A DNA stretch of 64,000 bases from NCBI RefSeq assembly GCF_006345805.1, contig NC_043006.1, positions 104,408,001 to 104,472,000 on the forward strand, written 5' to 3'. The position numbers were made by a program, and so were the translations under genes. Under the pieces are notes generated by a model that ran no database searches, was not told where the DNA came from, and saw only the letters and a list, made by a program, of their open reading frames with translations. The stretch comes from Octopus sinensis (Eukaryota). Of the stretch, positions 52,151-64,000 are shown piece after piece (position 1 is the first letter of the stretch; every line of letters begins with the position of its first letter).

Positions 52151-52871
52151 CGCCAGCATCAAAAATCTAAGTGAAAATATATTATTCTACGACATTATCG
52201 AAAACAGCGAACCACTAAACAATAACGAACTGAAAGATTAAAAAAAAACCCAAAAAACAATGAAATCAAACAAACAAAGAAACTAACAACATTATCACCA
52301 AGAACAGTAACAACAAGAACAACGACAAAATGGTGACCGAGAAACAGCGTCATACTATTTTAGTCTGACGACGAAAACAAAACGGTCGTCCATAGTTTTC
52401 ACAGATAAGCTTGATAGACACTAAACCATAAAATAACGCTTTTCACACCAACTTACTCTATAGAAATTCTCTTTTTTTCTTTCTCTGCTGCCCCTCCTCC
52501 TCCTCCTCCCCCTCCCCTTTCTCTCTCTTTCTTTCTGTTCCTCTCAGTCTGTGTCTATCTTTTAGTCACTCATCTATTTTGCCGACTCTCAAGTTCTCTG
52601 TCCTAATCTGTCGGCGCACACCAACACAGACACTATAGAAAATTCTCTCTCCTTTCTCTGCTTCTCACTCTCTCTCTTTATGTTTGTATGTATGTGTGTA
52701 TGTATGTATGTATGTGTGTGTGTGTCTCTCTCTATATATATATGTATATGCACACATATATGTTTGTATGTATATATAAGAATTAAAAAGAAAATACTCA
52801 CACTTACATAGTTTTAATATAATTTTTAATATATCGAATGTTTATGTATGCTTATATATGTATGTGTGTAT

Positions 52872-52913
<42 letters not shown>

Positions 52914-53423
52914 ATAATATATATATCCCAAACACACACACGCACCACATATACACACACACACATATATGTACATACATGCATAAATACAAACATATTA
53001 CATCACCAACCCACACACATACACACAAGTAGGAAAATGTAAATAGATGCACGAATGGCGAAAGAGCAGTTAGTTATGCAATCTCTTCCATCAGCTTACA
53101 GCTGTTCTGACTATACGGAAATGTGCAACATCTTGTGGCATCTTCAGAGCTAAAATATATGAGGTATTTCTTTGTCGAACAATATGCGTGTTTGTATGTT
53201 AGTGTGCATGTATGCAGAATGCATTTACACACACAAACATAGACACACGCACATGTATGTATATGTAAGAGTAAATATACATCTGTGTTTATATGCGTGT
53301 ATGAGTAATTGTGTGCGTGCGTGCGTGTGTTTGTGTGTCTGCGTGTGCACGAACGTGCGTGTGTGTACAAGATACCAAAACTGAGGCATAGAATAAGTCC
53401 AGTACGGTCTGGAATTGTCGATG

Positions 53424-53496
<73 letters not shown>

Positions 53497-53525
53497 TATA
53501 GCTATATATTATATATATATATATA

Positions 53526-53567
<42 letters not shown>

Positions 53568-53689
53568 CAGATACACACACATACATATATAGCATATTAT
53601 TTATAAATGATGAATACACACATACTTGTACATGATAGACAAAATGAATAATAATAATAATATAATAATAATAATTATAAAAATAATAA

Positions 53690-53900
53690 ATGCGCTGATG
53701 TAGTACCAAGTACTGCCTATTGTGGCTTCTGATCTTGATTGGAAGTGTTATCATGTACATTGTTTTGTCTTGGCTACAGCAAATATTCTGCTCAGTACCA
53801 CGGGTTTGCTTGTCAGTTGTTTGACCTTCACCAGTTGGGCATGTCCTTTGGTGGCTGACGTTATGTGCATCTCTAATCACGAGCAGCAAAGTCACAAATG
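53690..53900 (+). mobile_element. TAA family 5' part
   Basis: Follows (AAT)n; matches the reverse complement of 32461-32635 and 41480-41586. Confidence 0.7.
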
Positions 53901-54217
53901 GCAATGAGCTAAACAATCAACCAAGGTCCTCGTTTGCTTAACTAAGGAACAGTAACAAATGTAGAATGTAAAACAATGTGTAACAACATGAATAATGGCA
54001 AAACTTATGCAACGATGTGCAACACGTGTCGATAGAAGAAGAAGAAGAGAAGAAGAAGAAAAGAAGAAGAAGAAGAAGAAGAAGAAGAAGAAGAAGAAAA
54101 GAAGGAGAAGAAGAAGAAGAAGAAGAACAACAACAACAACAACTACAACAACAACAACTACAACAACAACAACTACAACAACAACGAAAGTTATAATAAT
54201 GATAATAATAATAATAT

Positions 54218-54683
54218 ATGCCCTGGTGGAGTACAGAAAATATTCTGCTCAATACCACAGATTTACTTATCAGTTGATTGACCTTAACCAGTTGAGCATG
54301 TCCCTTAGTGGCTGACGATATGTGCATCTCTGATTATGAGCAGAAGTAGAAGGGGAGCATCCTAGCCTTGTGTTGAAAGGGATTCTTTAGGGTTTTAATA
54401 ATTCTGGAAACATGGGTGTTTCATTCAACATCCGTAAACAACCCTCATTCAGTGACCTTTTGAGTAGGATAGGCTACTCGAACGGAAGAAAATTCTAAAT
54501 GCCCCCACCCTGGAAGGTCATGTGCTGTTTATCTTGATATGAGATCACCATATCATGCACATAGGGTTGTGATACATACGCCTGGTGTGCCCTTATGATA
54601 CGAGCAATCATGATGGGTATACTGCGCTTTGTATATTTGCACATCAGGGTCATTTTGATGACATGCACTACTCCCTCACTCAA
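54218..54683 (+). mobile_element. TAA family copy
   Basis: Flanked by (AAT)n; reverse complement of 41136-41586. Confidence 0.8.
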
Positions 54684-54699
54684 TAATAATTATAATAAT

Positions 54700-55995
54700 A
54701 ATGGAATTTGAACTCAAGAAGTGCGGAATAATCTACCGATAAATAGGCAAAGTACAGTCCCTAGCAGAGATAGAATTGCCGAACAGACACTTGATTAAAC
54801 AAATTGAAACGGTAGGATACAAATACCTTGGTGTACTAGAGTCCAACGAGATAATGGAAAAGGAAATGAGAGAGCAACTGAGGATGGAGTATTTCCGAAG
54901 ACTGAGGTTGGTGTTGCGCTCAAAATTGACCGGGTGGAATAAAATCCAAGCATTTAATAGGTGCGCGATAGCATTACATCAGTTTGGAGCGACAATAAGA
55001 AAATGGCAAAAGAGAGAAATGAAGAAATGGATACCAAGTCCAGGAAAATGTTGGCAAATTACACCTTAAGAATGACACCGATAGGCTGTACTTGTTCAGA
55101 AGAAGGGGTGGGAGAGTTTTGATCAGTTGCCAGGACAGGGAACTGATTAGAGTGGTATATAGAAATGCCATGAAGCCACTGTTGAAACACACTAACAAGG
55201 CCGGTGTCATCACCTCTGAAAACTGTGTAACGAAAGAAAAAAAAATAAACAGGAAATGGACAAAAACAAAAAGAAAATGCATGGAAGAAAAAGAAAATAT
55301 GCAGTGAGTTTGCAAGTGATGTGAACGCCAAGAGAGATGCAGAGGACTGGTGGATACGGATGAGGATGTGTGACCTGAAGACAGAGACAGAAGCACTCAT
55401 ATGCGCAGCTCAAGTACAAGTGTTAAGAACAAATTGTATGAAGTGCAGAACAGACAACACTACCAACAGCGACAAATGCAGAATGTGTGGCGAGAAGGGT
55501 GAAACGGTATGGCACATCGTTAACGAATGCCCGAATTTGGCACAACGCGAATACTAAAGACGCCATGACGATGTGACAAGAATGATCCATTGGGAGCTCT
55601 GTGGAAACCACGGCCTACAAAAAGCAAATACGTAGTATGAAGAAACAGAAGGCGTAACTGAGAATGAGAATTGCAAAATTCTGTGGAATGCAATAATCCA
55701 GTGCGATCACCCGATCAGATATCGGACACCAGACCTGCATGTGGGAAATAAAAAAGAACGAACATGTATGATAATCGACATAGCATACCCCAGTGACAAC
55801 AGGAACAATGTGAAAGAAGAAGAAAATAAACAACTATGACGATTTGGAATGGGAAATACGAAGTTTGTGGTCAATAAAGAAAGTAGACGTCGTACCAATA
55901 GTGATTGGTGGACTTGGAAGTATCAGCAATCAAACTATCAATATGGCTGAAAAAGATTGGTGCAAGTGGGAAGGTATAACACCTACAAAAATCAG
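54700..55995 (+). mobile_element. Dong/R4 fragment: RT C-terminus, thumb, CCHC and RLE (stops and frameshifts)
   Basis: EFELKKC..., YKYLGVLE, RLRLVLRSKL..WNKIQAFN, LKTETEALICAAQ, CRMCGEKGETVWHIVNEC, RHD, ILWN..IQCDH...PD. Confidence 0.9.
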
Positions 55996-56000
55996 ACGTT

Positions 56001-56920
56001 TTCTTAGATCTTAATAAAAATATTTATAAGCCTTATAGGAAGCCCAATGATAGACTAAGTTATATTAATGTAGGTTCATGCCATCCCCCTATAGTATTCA
56101 AAAATTTAGTTAAAAATATTAGTAAGAGGATTTCTAGCCTCTCATCTAATGAGGACATCTTCAATAGCGTTGCCCCAGTTTATAATAAAGCTTTAAAAGA
56201 TAGTGGTTTTAAGGAAAAAATAAAATATACACCTATCACTAGCCCAACAGTAAGGAAAAGGAATAATAGAAATAGGAAAGTCATCTGGTTTACGCCCCCT
56301 TACTCACCCGAGGTGGCCTTCAATATAGGTAAATATTTCCTAGCACTGATAGATAGACATTTTCCAGTTAACCATGCTTATAGGAAACTCTTCAATAGAC
56401 ACAATTTAAAAATTAGTTTTAGTTCAACTACCAATTTTAAAAACATATCAATCATAACATACAAAAACACAAGAAGAAAACAGCTGTTCATGCAGGAATA
56501 AAGAATTGTGCCCCCGCTAAATGGAGCTTGCATGTCCAAGACCATCATATATGAAGCTACCGTAAACTCTAAACCACTAAAGACACCGTTTCGACGAAGA
56601 AATACGTGGGCCTGACAGAGGGTAATTTCAAGGCAGGTTCAATAACCACACTTTGAGCTTTAGGCACTGGAACAAAGAAAAGCGACACAATTATCCAATC
56701 ATATTGGTCTTTAAGAGATAAAGGTGTCGATTATAACATACAATGGAAGATTTTGGCCAGATGTAAGCCCTATACTAACGGCAGCGGAAGGTGCGGTTTA
56801 TGCGACATGGAGAGATGGCTTATTGGAAAAGCAGCTTAGACCCTACCACATGTCTAAATACAAGGACAGAGCTTTTCGGATCATGCCCACATGTGACTAA
56901 ATTTCTGTTACGTTTTTGGT
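56001..56920 (+). mobile_element. Penelope-like element 3' relic (RT thumb and GIY-YIG)
   Basis: Open frame 56001-56501: FLDL...YKPYRKPND..SYIN..SCHPP...ISKRIS.LSSN...RKVIWFTPPYS..VAFNIGKYFL. Then CSCR..CP, IIYEATV..KKYVGLTEGNFK.RFNNH...IWSL..., CGLC, LNTRTE...CPH. Confidence 0.9.
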
Positions 56921-57123
56921 CCCCTAAAGAAAACGGATAGAACATGCTTTCTGTGTTATGTCCCAAGAAGAATTTATATATTTTTATATATTTTTATGTA
57001 ATTTTATAAATTTTTATGACGAAAAATGCGAGCGATGTATAAGTACGCAGGCAAAGCAGAGTTATAACAGAGTAATTTCCCTTCATTTTTAACGGTATTT
57101 TTTCATAACGTTTTCAAATAGCC

Positions 57124-57186
57124 AGATAACCGAAGAGATGGTGTTGTGGATTTCCACTTCGGCATCTGAAACTCAGAGTTTTATCT
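57124..57186 (+). ncRNA. Hammerhead motif, family eta (U4C core, long stem II), downstream of the PLE ORF
   Basis: AGATAA-CCGAAGA-GATG..GTGG/ATTT/CCAC..CATC-T-GAAA-CTC/A/GAG-TT-TTATCT: 6-bp stem I, GUU triplet; register ambiguity of one nucleotide at the base of stem II. Confidence 0.7.
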
Positions 57187-57309
57187 GACTACCGAGTAAG
57201 TAAACATATTTGTATAGATAAATTTCCTCTATTTACATAATATTGAGGTCTCTTTCTTCCTTTTGTTATCTTACCGTGTTATCAATATATATATATATAT
57301 ATATATATG

Positions 57310-57420
57310 AGTCGAGTTGCTCGATTAAGGGCCGTGCTCCAAAATATCCAGATAGACGATACAAAAAGGACGGGTCATTCGAAGCTTTTTATCCTAGTCA
57401 TGAACCGATGCACACACACA

Positions 57421-57454
<34 letters not shown>

Positions 57455-57556
57455 GAGGTCGAGTTGCTCGATTAAGGCCGTGCTCCAAAATATCCAGATA
57501 GACGATACAAAAAGGACGGGTCATTCGAAGCTTTTTATCCTAGTCATGAACCGATG

Positions 57557-57570
<14 letters not shown>
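57310..57570 (+). repeat. Two tandem ~145-bp units ending in (CA)n(TA)n
   Basis: GTCGAGTTGCTCGATTAAGG...CATGAACCGATGCACAC repeated with only small indels. Confidence 0.85.
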
Positions 57571-57597
<27 letters not shown>

Positions 57598-57654
57598 TTG
57601 TAATTTTGTGCGAGGAAGCAGAAACAGACGCCAATCGTTCGTGAAGATGCAATC

Positions 57655-57975
57655 TCTACTTATTTAATCGACTCCGAAAGGTTGAAAGGCAAATTCGACT
57701 TCGGCAGGATTTGAACTCAGAACGTAGCCACAGACGAAATACCTATTTCTTTACTACCCACAAGGGGCTAAACAGAGAGGGGACGAACAAGGACAGAGAA
57801 ACGGATTAAGTCGATTACATCGATCCCAGTGCGTAACTGATACTTATTTAATCGGCCCCGAAAGGATGAAAGGTAAAGTCGACCTCGGCAGAATTTGAAC
57901 TCAGAACGTAGCGGCAGACGAAATACCGCTGAGCATTTCGCCCGGCGTGCTAACGTTTCTGCCAGCTCACCGCCA
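57655..57975 (-). mobile_element. SINE family A (full copy plus a partial second copy)
   Basis: Reverse complement of the family A consensus. Confidence 0.85.
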
Positions 57976-58344
57976 ATAATAATTATAAATATAAACCAGA
58001 GAGAGAGCTAACGAGACACAGGAACACACGCACGCCCGCGCGCACACACACACACAGAGAAAGAGAGACTAAGAGAGAGATAGAGAAAAGTGCTAGTGAG
58101 AAGAGAGAAGTTGGCGATACATTTCGCACCTATTTCTAAACTGTCCTTTTCATCCTGATCTACCATTAAACACAAACATATATATATACAGAGACGTACC
58201 AAAACACACCCTGACCCAAGTATATATACACACCCACCCACGCATATCTGTGTGTGTGTGTGGTTATATGTACACTAACATACGCACACACACACGCTTA
58301 TATACGTACCTGTATACGTATGTATTCATGTGTATATTGCATCA

Positions 58345-58740
58345 GTTCTAATCATTTCGAAGGTTATTCTGTGCTGGTCTTTGAAATGACGGTAAGAACC
58401 ACCTGGTGGTCTTTTCCCGCAGCTGAATGCATAAAAGAGTATATGACGGAGAATAGCTCTTCTCTCTTTCTAAACACATCCACAAGCCTCCGCAGCCGGT
58501 GTTGCATCATATCTAATTTTATGTTTTCACAATAGGCTATTTATAGGTTAGCTTTGTTACTAATGTAGTCATTTCATGTAATGTCTAACATGACCCAGCT
58601 TTTGTTAATGGAAGCTCTCCAGCTTTCTGATGTCTGATAATAAAATGGCCATGTTTTACAACGACAGAATAATGGGGAGATGACAGCTAGCTAGACTATC
58701 AGATTTGATTGTTGGGTTAGATGTTTGATATTAAACAACC
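58345..58740 (-). mobile_element. RTE-clade LINE C-terminal relic
   Basis: CKTW..Y..IRKLESFH...LDIT.NDYISN...HRLR..V.VFR...G.RPPGG...R.FKD. Confidence 0.75.
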
Positions 58741-58813
58741 GCTTTGGTCTGCTCCAATTCTGTGTTTCGTATTGTTTCTACATGGATATTATATAATAAA
58801 CACTTACAAACAT

Positions 58814-58875
<62 letters not shown>

Positions 58876-58881
58876 CACATC

Positions 58882-58912
<31 letters not shown>

Positions 58913-59393
58913 ATATATATATTCTCATGTCAAGATTCACACGTACATAGTCGCACACACCTCTAGAGGTACACAGAAACGCATAAACGTATCCAAATTG
59001 TTTGTTTTCGAATATATTTAGGAAGTATAAAGGAATTTTTAAAACGTCTTTTATGTGGGCGATCAGATTCAAACGTATCTATGGATAATCTTACGTGATC
59101 TATCTATTCCATTTATGTATGTGCATATGTGTGTGTATGTATGTACGTACGTATGTATGTACATGTGTGTGTGCGTGTGTGTGTGTGTTTGTGTGTATTT
59201 GTATTTATATATATTTATATATTCATTTATGTATGCATGTCTACACACACACACACACCACACACACAACACACACACACACACATATATATACATATAT
59301 ATAGGGAGAGTTTACGAAAAAAACAAAAGACGAAGACAGGTGGTGTACAAAACAAACAAATGTATTAGTATAACGCTCAGGAATAGAAAAAGT

Positions 59394-59429
59394 CTTTTAC
59401 GTTTCGAGCCTACGCTCTTCTACAGAAAG
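59394..59429 (-). ncRNA. Hammerhead-like motif, family epsilon (A6U core)
   Basis: CTTT-CTGTAGA-A-GAGC/GTAG/GCTC-GAAA-CG-TA-AAAG; palindromic ACGT, GUA triplet. Confidence 0.6.
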
Positions 59430-59599
59430 GGACACAGAAAAACCAAGGAGAGAAATATGGCCCATAGTCTAATGAGGACAGTTTACTGGTTTCTGTGGCG
59501 TATGTATTCCCGCCCTGTAGGTATGTAGGCATGCATGCGTGCATGCATGTGTGTATGTATCTATGTATGTGTATCCATAACATGGAGTTGTGAGAAGAG

Positions 59600-60150
59600 G
59601 TCACGGAAAGTCTTGTTTCATGCCCCCACTTTCTCTCTTACTGTTAGGATAATTGTTGTTTGAAGATTCTTGTACTTAGCAGGATTTATCCACTTCCCTT
59701 GAACCCATAGATACAATAAACTCATTAACAGGCACACAATTAAAATTACCTCTGCTTACGCCCACCTCTAATGTTGAGACATAAATGAAAAAGCAACAGA
59801 CGATCCAAGCCTTCTGTAGATGCACATGTAGAAACACATCTAAACGTACTGTAGGGCAGAAATGCGATATATCCACCGTTGGTAATGAAGCACAGGTTTC
59901 AGCGAGCTATGGCAACGGTCGGACAGAAACTGAGCGAATATCGCAGCCGTAGAAGAGAAATTTAAATCCAGATATAACAACCATCTTTCTAATTTTAAAC
60001 AGTGATAAAAGACATTCAACGACACTTTGGTAATTAATCTGGAATTTTAATCTGGTTACTTCAAAAAGCAACTGACAAACGGTCTTGTTTGCAGCTTGTA
60101 AAATGGCGAAAAAAATGTTTCGACCAAGAAACACTGGGTAGCTGTATTTG
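59600..60150 (+). mobile_element. Decayed Penelope-like linker and GIY-YIG fragment
   Basis: CTCRNTS..., EEKFKSRYNNHLSNF..., similar to 56500-56900. Confidence 0.65.
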
Positions 60151-60288
60151 CTGAGAATTGTGGCTTTTATTACTATATTATACTATACTAAACATACATA
60201 TATACATACATACATACATGCATACATATATATACATACATATACATACATATAAAGATATATATATACACACATATATATATATATG

Positions 60289-60336
<48 letters not shown>

Positions 60337-60459
60337 TTATATATAGAGGGCATTATACATACATGCCACACGCTAAGAGGGACAATAGTCATTTCTACCA
60401 AAAATATTACTAATCCCACCGAATGCAATTTTTCAAAATAAGACATTTAAAAATATAGA

Positions 60460-60501
60460 CCTGTATCACAGTGATTTCATACTTACGTATTCATCAGCAG
60501 G
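60460..60501 (-). ncRNA. Type I hammerhead ribozyme, family theta (canonical)
   Basis: CCTG-CTGATGA-ATAC/GTAA/GTAT-GAAA-TCAC/T/GTGA-TA-CAGG. Confidence 0.9.
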
Positions 60502-60946
60502 CCTGAATGTATCATAAATAAACGACCCTGCCCCGCTTAAGCCGATCAGCTAACTGATCAACATCAACGAAGCACATGGGTGAGTTTACATATATTACAT
60601 CCTGTAAATGGCATACTTTTACGAATTGCACTTCGGGAGAGGAAAAGTTTTTTCGGATAAAAATTTAGCAATTAAGGACAACTACTAATAAGGAAACTTA
60701 ACAAGAAATTGTCAGGTAGATAGCGTGAAAACCTCATAAGAGAATAAATTTCGAAAATAATTATTTCTTATTGAACATATTAATTTATATATAGAGGGCA
60801 TAAAAACTTTTCTCTCCCGAAATGCAATTCGTAAATATGCCATTTACAGGATGTAATATATGTAAACTCACCCATGTGCTTCGTTGATGTTGATCAGTTA
60901 GCTGATCGCTTAAGCGGGGCAGGGTCGTTTATTTATGATACATTCA

Positions 60947-60988
60947 GGCGCTGATGAATACGTAAGTATGAAAGCACTGTGATACAGG
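60947..60988 (+). ncRNA. Hammerhead, family theta (errors in stems I and III)
   Basis: GGCG-CTGATGA-ATAC/GTAA/GTAT-GAAA-GCAC/T/GTGA-TA-CAGG. Confidence 0.8.
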
Positions 60989-61305
60989 TCTATATTTTTT
61001 ATGTCTTATTTTGAAAAATTGCATTCGTGGGATTAGTAATATTTTTGGTAGAAATGACTAATTGTCCCTCTTAGAGCGTTGTGTGCATGTATGTATAATG
61101 CTCATCCTCGTGGCCGCAGGGAGGGATGATAGCCCTCTAAAGATAAATTAATTGATATCATAAGAAATAGTAGTTCAAATTTATTCTCGGAGGAGGTGGG
61201 GTTGAACGTTGTACGCGAGCTGACTGACAAGTTCTTGTTAATTTTCCTTATTAAGTTAGGGTGTCCGTAAGGGCGAAATAAGATATGAGAGAGATATATA
61301 TATAT

Positions 61306-61336
<31 letters not shown>

Positions 61337-61538
61337 CTGCCTTTAATATATATTTGCGTTTCTAAAAACAAGGGACAATGATGCAATAGACGGAGAACGC
61401 AATTGTTAATTGATGTAATTCACTCCAAGGTCCACGTTTAGTCCCAATTTCCCGTTCCCATATATCTTACTACGTCGTATTTCAGGTTACTTGCCGATGA
61501 GTGAGTTTATGTGTGCATGTGTGTGTGTATATATATAG

Positions 61539-61600
<62 letters not shown>

Positions 61601-61724
61601 TTATATATAGAGGGCATTATACATACATGCCACACGCTAAGAGGGACAATTAGTCATTTCTACCAAAAATATTACTAATCCCACCGAATGCAATTTTTCA
61701 AAATAAGACATTTAAAAATATAGA

Positions 61725-61766
61725 CCTGTATCACAGTGATTTCATACTTACGTATTCATCAGCAGG
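61725..61766 (-). ncRNA. Type I hammerhead ribozyme, family theta (canonical)
   Basis: Identical to 60460-60501. Confidence 0.9.
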
Positions 61767-62214
61767 CCTGAATGTATCATAATAAACGACCCTGCCCCGC
61801 TTAAGCCGATCAGCTAACTGATCACATCAACGAAGCACATGGGTGAGTTTACATATATTACATCCTGTAATGGCATACTTTTACGAATTGCACTTCGGGA
61901 GAGGAAAAGTTTTTTCGGAATAAAAATTTAGCAATTAAGGACAACTACTTAATAAGAAAACTTAACAAGAAATTGTCAGGTAGATAGCGTGAAAACCTCA
62001 TAAGAGAATAAATTTCGAAAATAATTAATTTCTTATTGAACATATTAATTTATATATAGAGGGCATAAAAACTTTTCCTCTCCCGAATGCAATTCGTAAA
62101 AGTATGCCATTTACAGGATGTAATATATGTAAACTCACCATGTGCTTCGTTGATGTTGATCATTTAGCTGATCGGCTTAAGCGGGGCAGGGTCGTTTATT
62201 TATGATACATTCAG

Positions 62215-62256
62215 CCTGCTGATGAATACGTAAGTATGAAATCACTGTGATACAGG
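62215..62256 (+). ncRNA. Type I hammerhead ribozyme, family theta (canonical)
   Basis: CCTG-CTGATGA-ATAC/GTAA/GTAT-GAAA-TCAC/T/GTGA-TA-CAGG; AUA triplet. Confidence 0.9.
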
Positions 62257-62546
62257 TCTATATTTTTTTTAAATGTCTTATTTTGAAAAATTGCATTCGG
62301 TGGGATTAGTAATATTTTTGGTAGAATGACTAATTGTCCCTCTTAGCGTTTGGCATGTATGTATAATGCTCTCTGGCATGTATGTATGATGCCCTCTATA
62401 GATAAATTAATATGATCAATAAGAAATAATTATTTTCGAAATTTATTCTCTTATGAGGTTTTTACGCTATCTACCTGACATTTCTTGTTAAGTTTTCCTT
62501 ATTAAGTAGTTTTCCTTAATTGCTAAATATAGATTATTATATATAA

Positions 62547-62581
<35 letters not shown>

Positions 62582-62757
62582 CTGTCCTTTTATATTTGCG
62601 TTCTATAAAAACAAGGGACAATGATGCATAGACGGAGAACGCAATTGTTTAATTGATGTAATTCACTCCAAGGTCCACGTTTAGTCCCAATTTCCCGTTC
62701 CCATATATCTTACGTCGTATTTCAGGTTACTTGCCGATGAGTGAGTTTATGTGTGCA

Positions 62758-62789
<32 letters not shown>

Positions 62790-62792
62790 AAT

Positions 62793-62823
<31 letters not shown>

Positions 62824-63255
62824 ATTTATGTATATATGTATTGTACCACTCATTATTGGTGTTGTAGAAAACAGAAACATGTAAAATATAACAAAAAGGA
62901 GGAGTTGTATTGTACCGATAAGAGTCACTCAATTAACATTATCTCCTATGAAAGTAGGCAACCACAAATGCTTAATCTTCGTAAATGATAAGAAGAATAC
63001 CATGTTTAGAGACAAACTAGTAATCGCTTGTTACTATAGAACTGAAACGTAATTTTCTTAGCAGAAAGACGATAAGCTATCGCAGTTCAAATTTATACAT
63101 AGAATTAAGACGTAGTTGATATGTAATTGCGTGTTACTGTAAGCAAAAATTGATAACGAAGTTTACGATCATGGAAGTAGCTTGTTTCTATTAAAATGTA
63201 AATTAGGTTCTGGACATATGTAAGTATGGATGTACATGTGTACACACACACACAT

Positions 63256-63300
<45 letters not shown>

Positions 63301-63372
63301 TATATATATATATACATACATTTTTATATATATCGATATATATATATACATATATACTCATACACCTATATA

Positions 63373-63429
<57 letters not shown>

Positions 63430-63434
<5 letters not shown>

Positions 63435-63580
63435 GGAGTAAACACATAAATATGAAACAAGGTGGAAAAAAGAGTACTCATATACCAGTGGTAGAGTAAT
63501 ATGCTTTATTTTAAGCAGCAGAAAATTCAACAAAATCTGTTACTCTGAGATTCTCGTTGCCGTTCATCAGACAGTTTTTG
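63430..63580 (-). mobile_element. Family alpha element 3' end with a degenerate HHR at 63537-63574
   Basis: Reverse complement of ~5362-5520. The motif CTGT-CTGATGA-ACG/GCAA/CGA-GAAT-CTC/A/GAG-TA-ACAG has a canonical core 5' half but GAAA>GAAT. Confidence 0.75.
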
Positions 63581-64000
63581 CTAGAATGGAACTGATATAT
63601 CAATTCAATCTATACTCTTACAAACGCTACACCTTTAAAAATAAATGGACTTGTTTGATGGATACATATACATACCGTCGTGTATATGTGTGCTTAAGCA
63701 CAAACATACTTTCACTTACACATACACAGATACGGATGCTTACAAATACATATGCTTTGCTATACACATACTTATATAAACATTCTAATTTTGACAACAT
63801 TGCTTTTTTTAAAAAACATTGCTTTTAAAAATGGGTGCATTAATAAAAATATATACGAAAGACATATAAAATGAAATATAACATCCTATTTTGGGTCATT
63901 TATAAATAATCAAGGTAATATAAATAATCAAGGTAATCCTATGCAATACAATAACATGAAAACAAAGTTTGTAGGTTTTTCCTAATATATATGTAGAAAC

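Larger units (their letters stand above)
60335..62780. repeat. Two tandem ~1.25-kb blocks, each with an inverted pair of a ~445-nt HHR-bearing unit (family theta)
   Basis: 60335-61100 matches 61598-62400; 61335-61530 matches 62580-62760; 61100-61280 is a garbled version of 62380-62525. Confidence 0.9.

Noticed and set aside
52340-52392. GAAA...CTGACGA arrangement suggesting a type II or III hammerhead
   Set aside because: Stems I and III cannot be formed in register with a UH triplet.
57310-57570. 145-bp tandem pair as a possible retrozyme
   Set aside because: No hammerhead core on either strand, and the near-identical copies may be an assembly duplication.

Overview
AT-rich, microsatellite-saturated eukaryotic DNA with one 100-N scaffold gap. 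The repeat landscape (tRNA-derived SINEs, (TA)n/(CA)n/(AAT)n tracts, Dong/R4 and Penelope-like relics) best fits an octopus/coleoid cephalopod genome; this is an inference. No host protein-coding gene could be supported, and almost all ORFs in the supplied track are microsatellite translations. The window is a transposable-element graveyard: two Tc1 relics, about 12 Dong/R4 (RLE non-LTR) fragments sitting in (TAA)n tracts, CR1, RTE and other LINE relics, several SINE families, Helitron-like elements and four to five Penelope-like element (PLE) relics. The main hidden signal, found by manual folding, is about 20 minimal type I hammerhead ribozyme (HHR) motifs from about 9 unrelated sequence families. 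Nearly all have a loop-less or near loop-less palindromic stem III, several have non-canonical cores, and most lie in fold-back (inverted) duplications ending in (TA)n. The strongest case (60.3-62.5 kb) is a ~445-nt HHR-bearing unit whose two inverted arms are circular permutations of each other, as expected for copying from a circular or multimeric RNA (retrozyme-like). HHRs in PLEs and retrozymes are established as a class; their activity here is untested, and some inverted or tandem duplications could be assembly artefacts. Coordinates of degenerate relics are approximate (within tens of bp).
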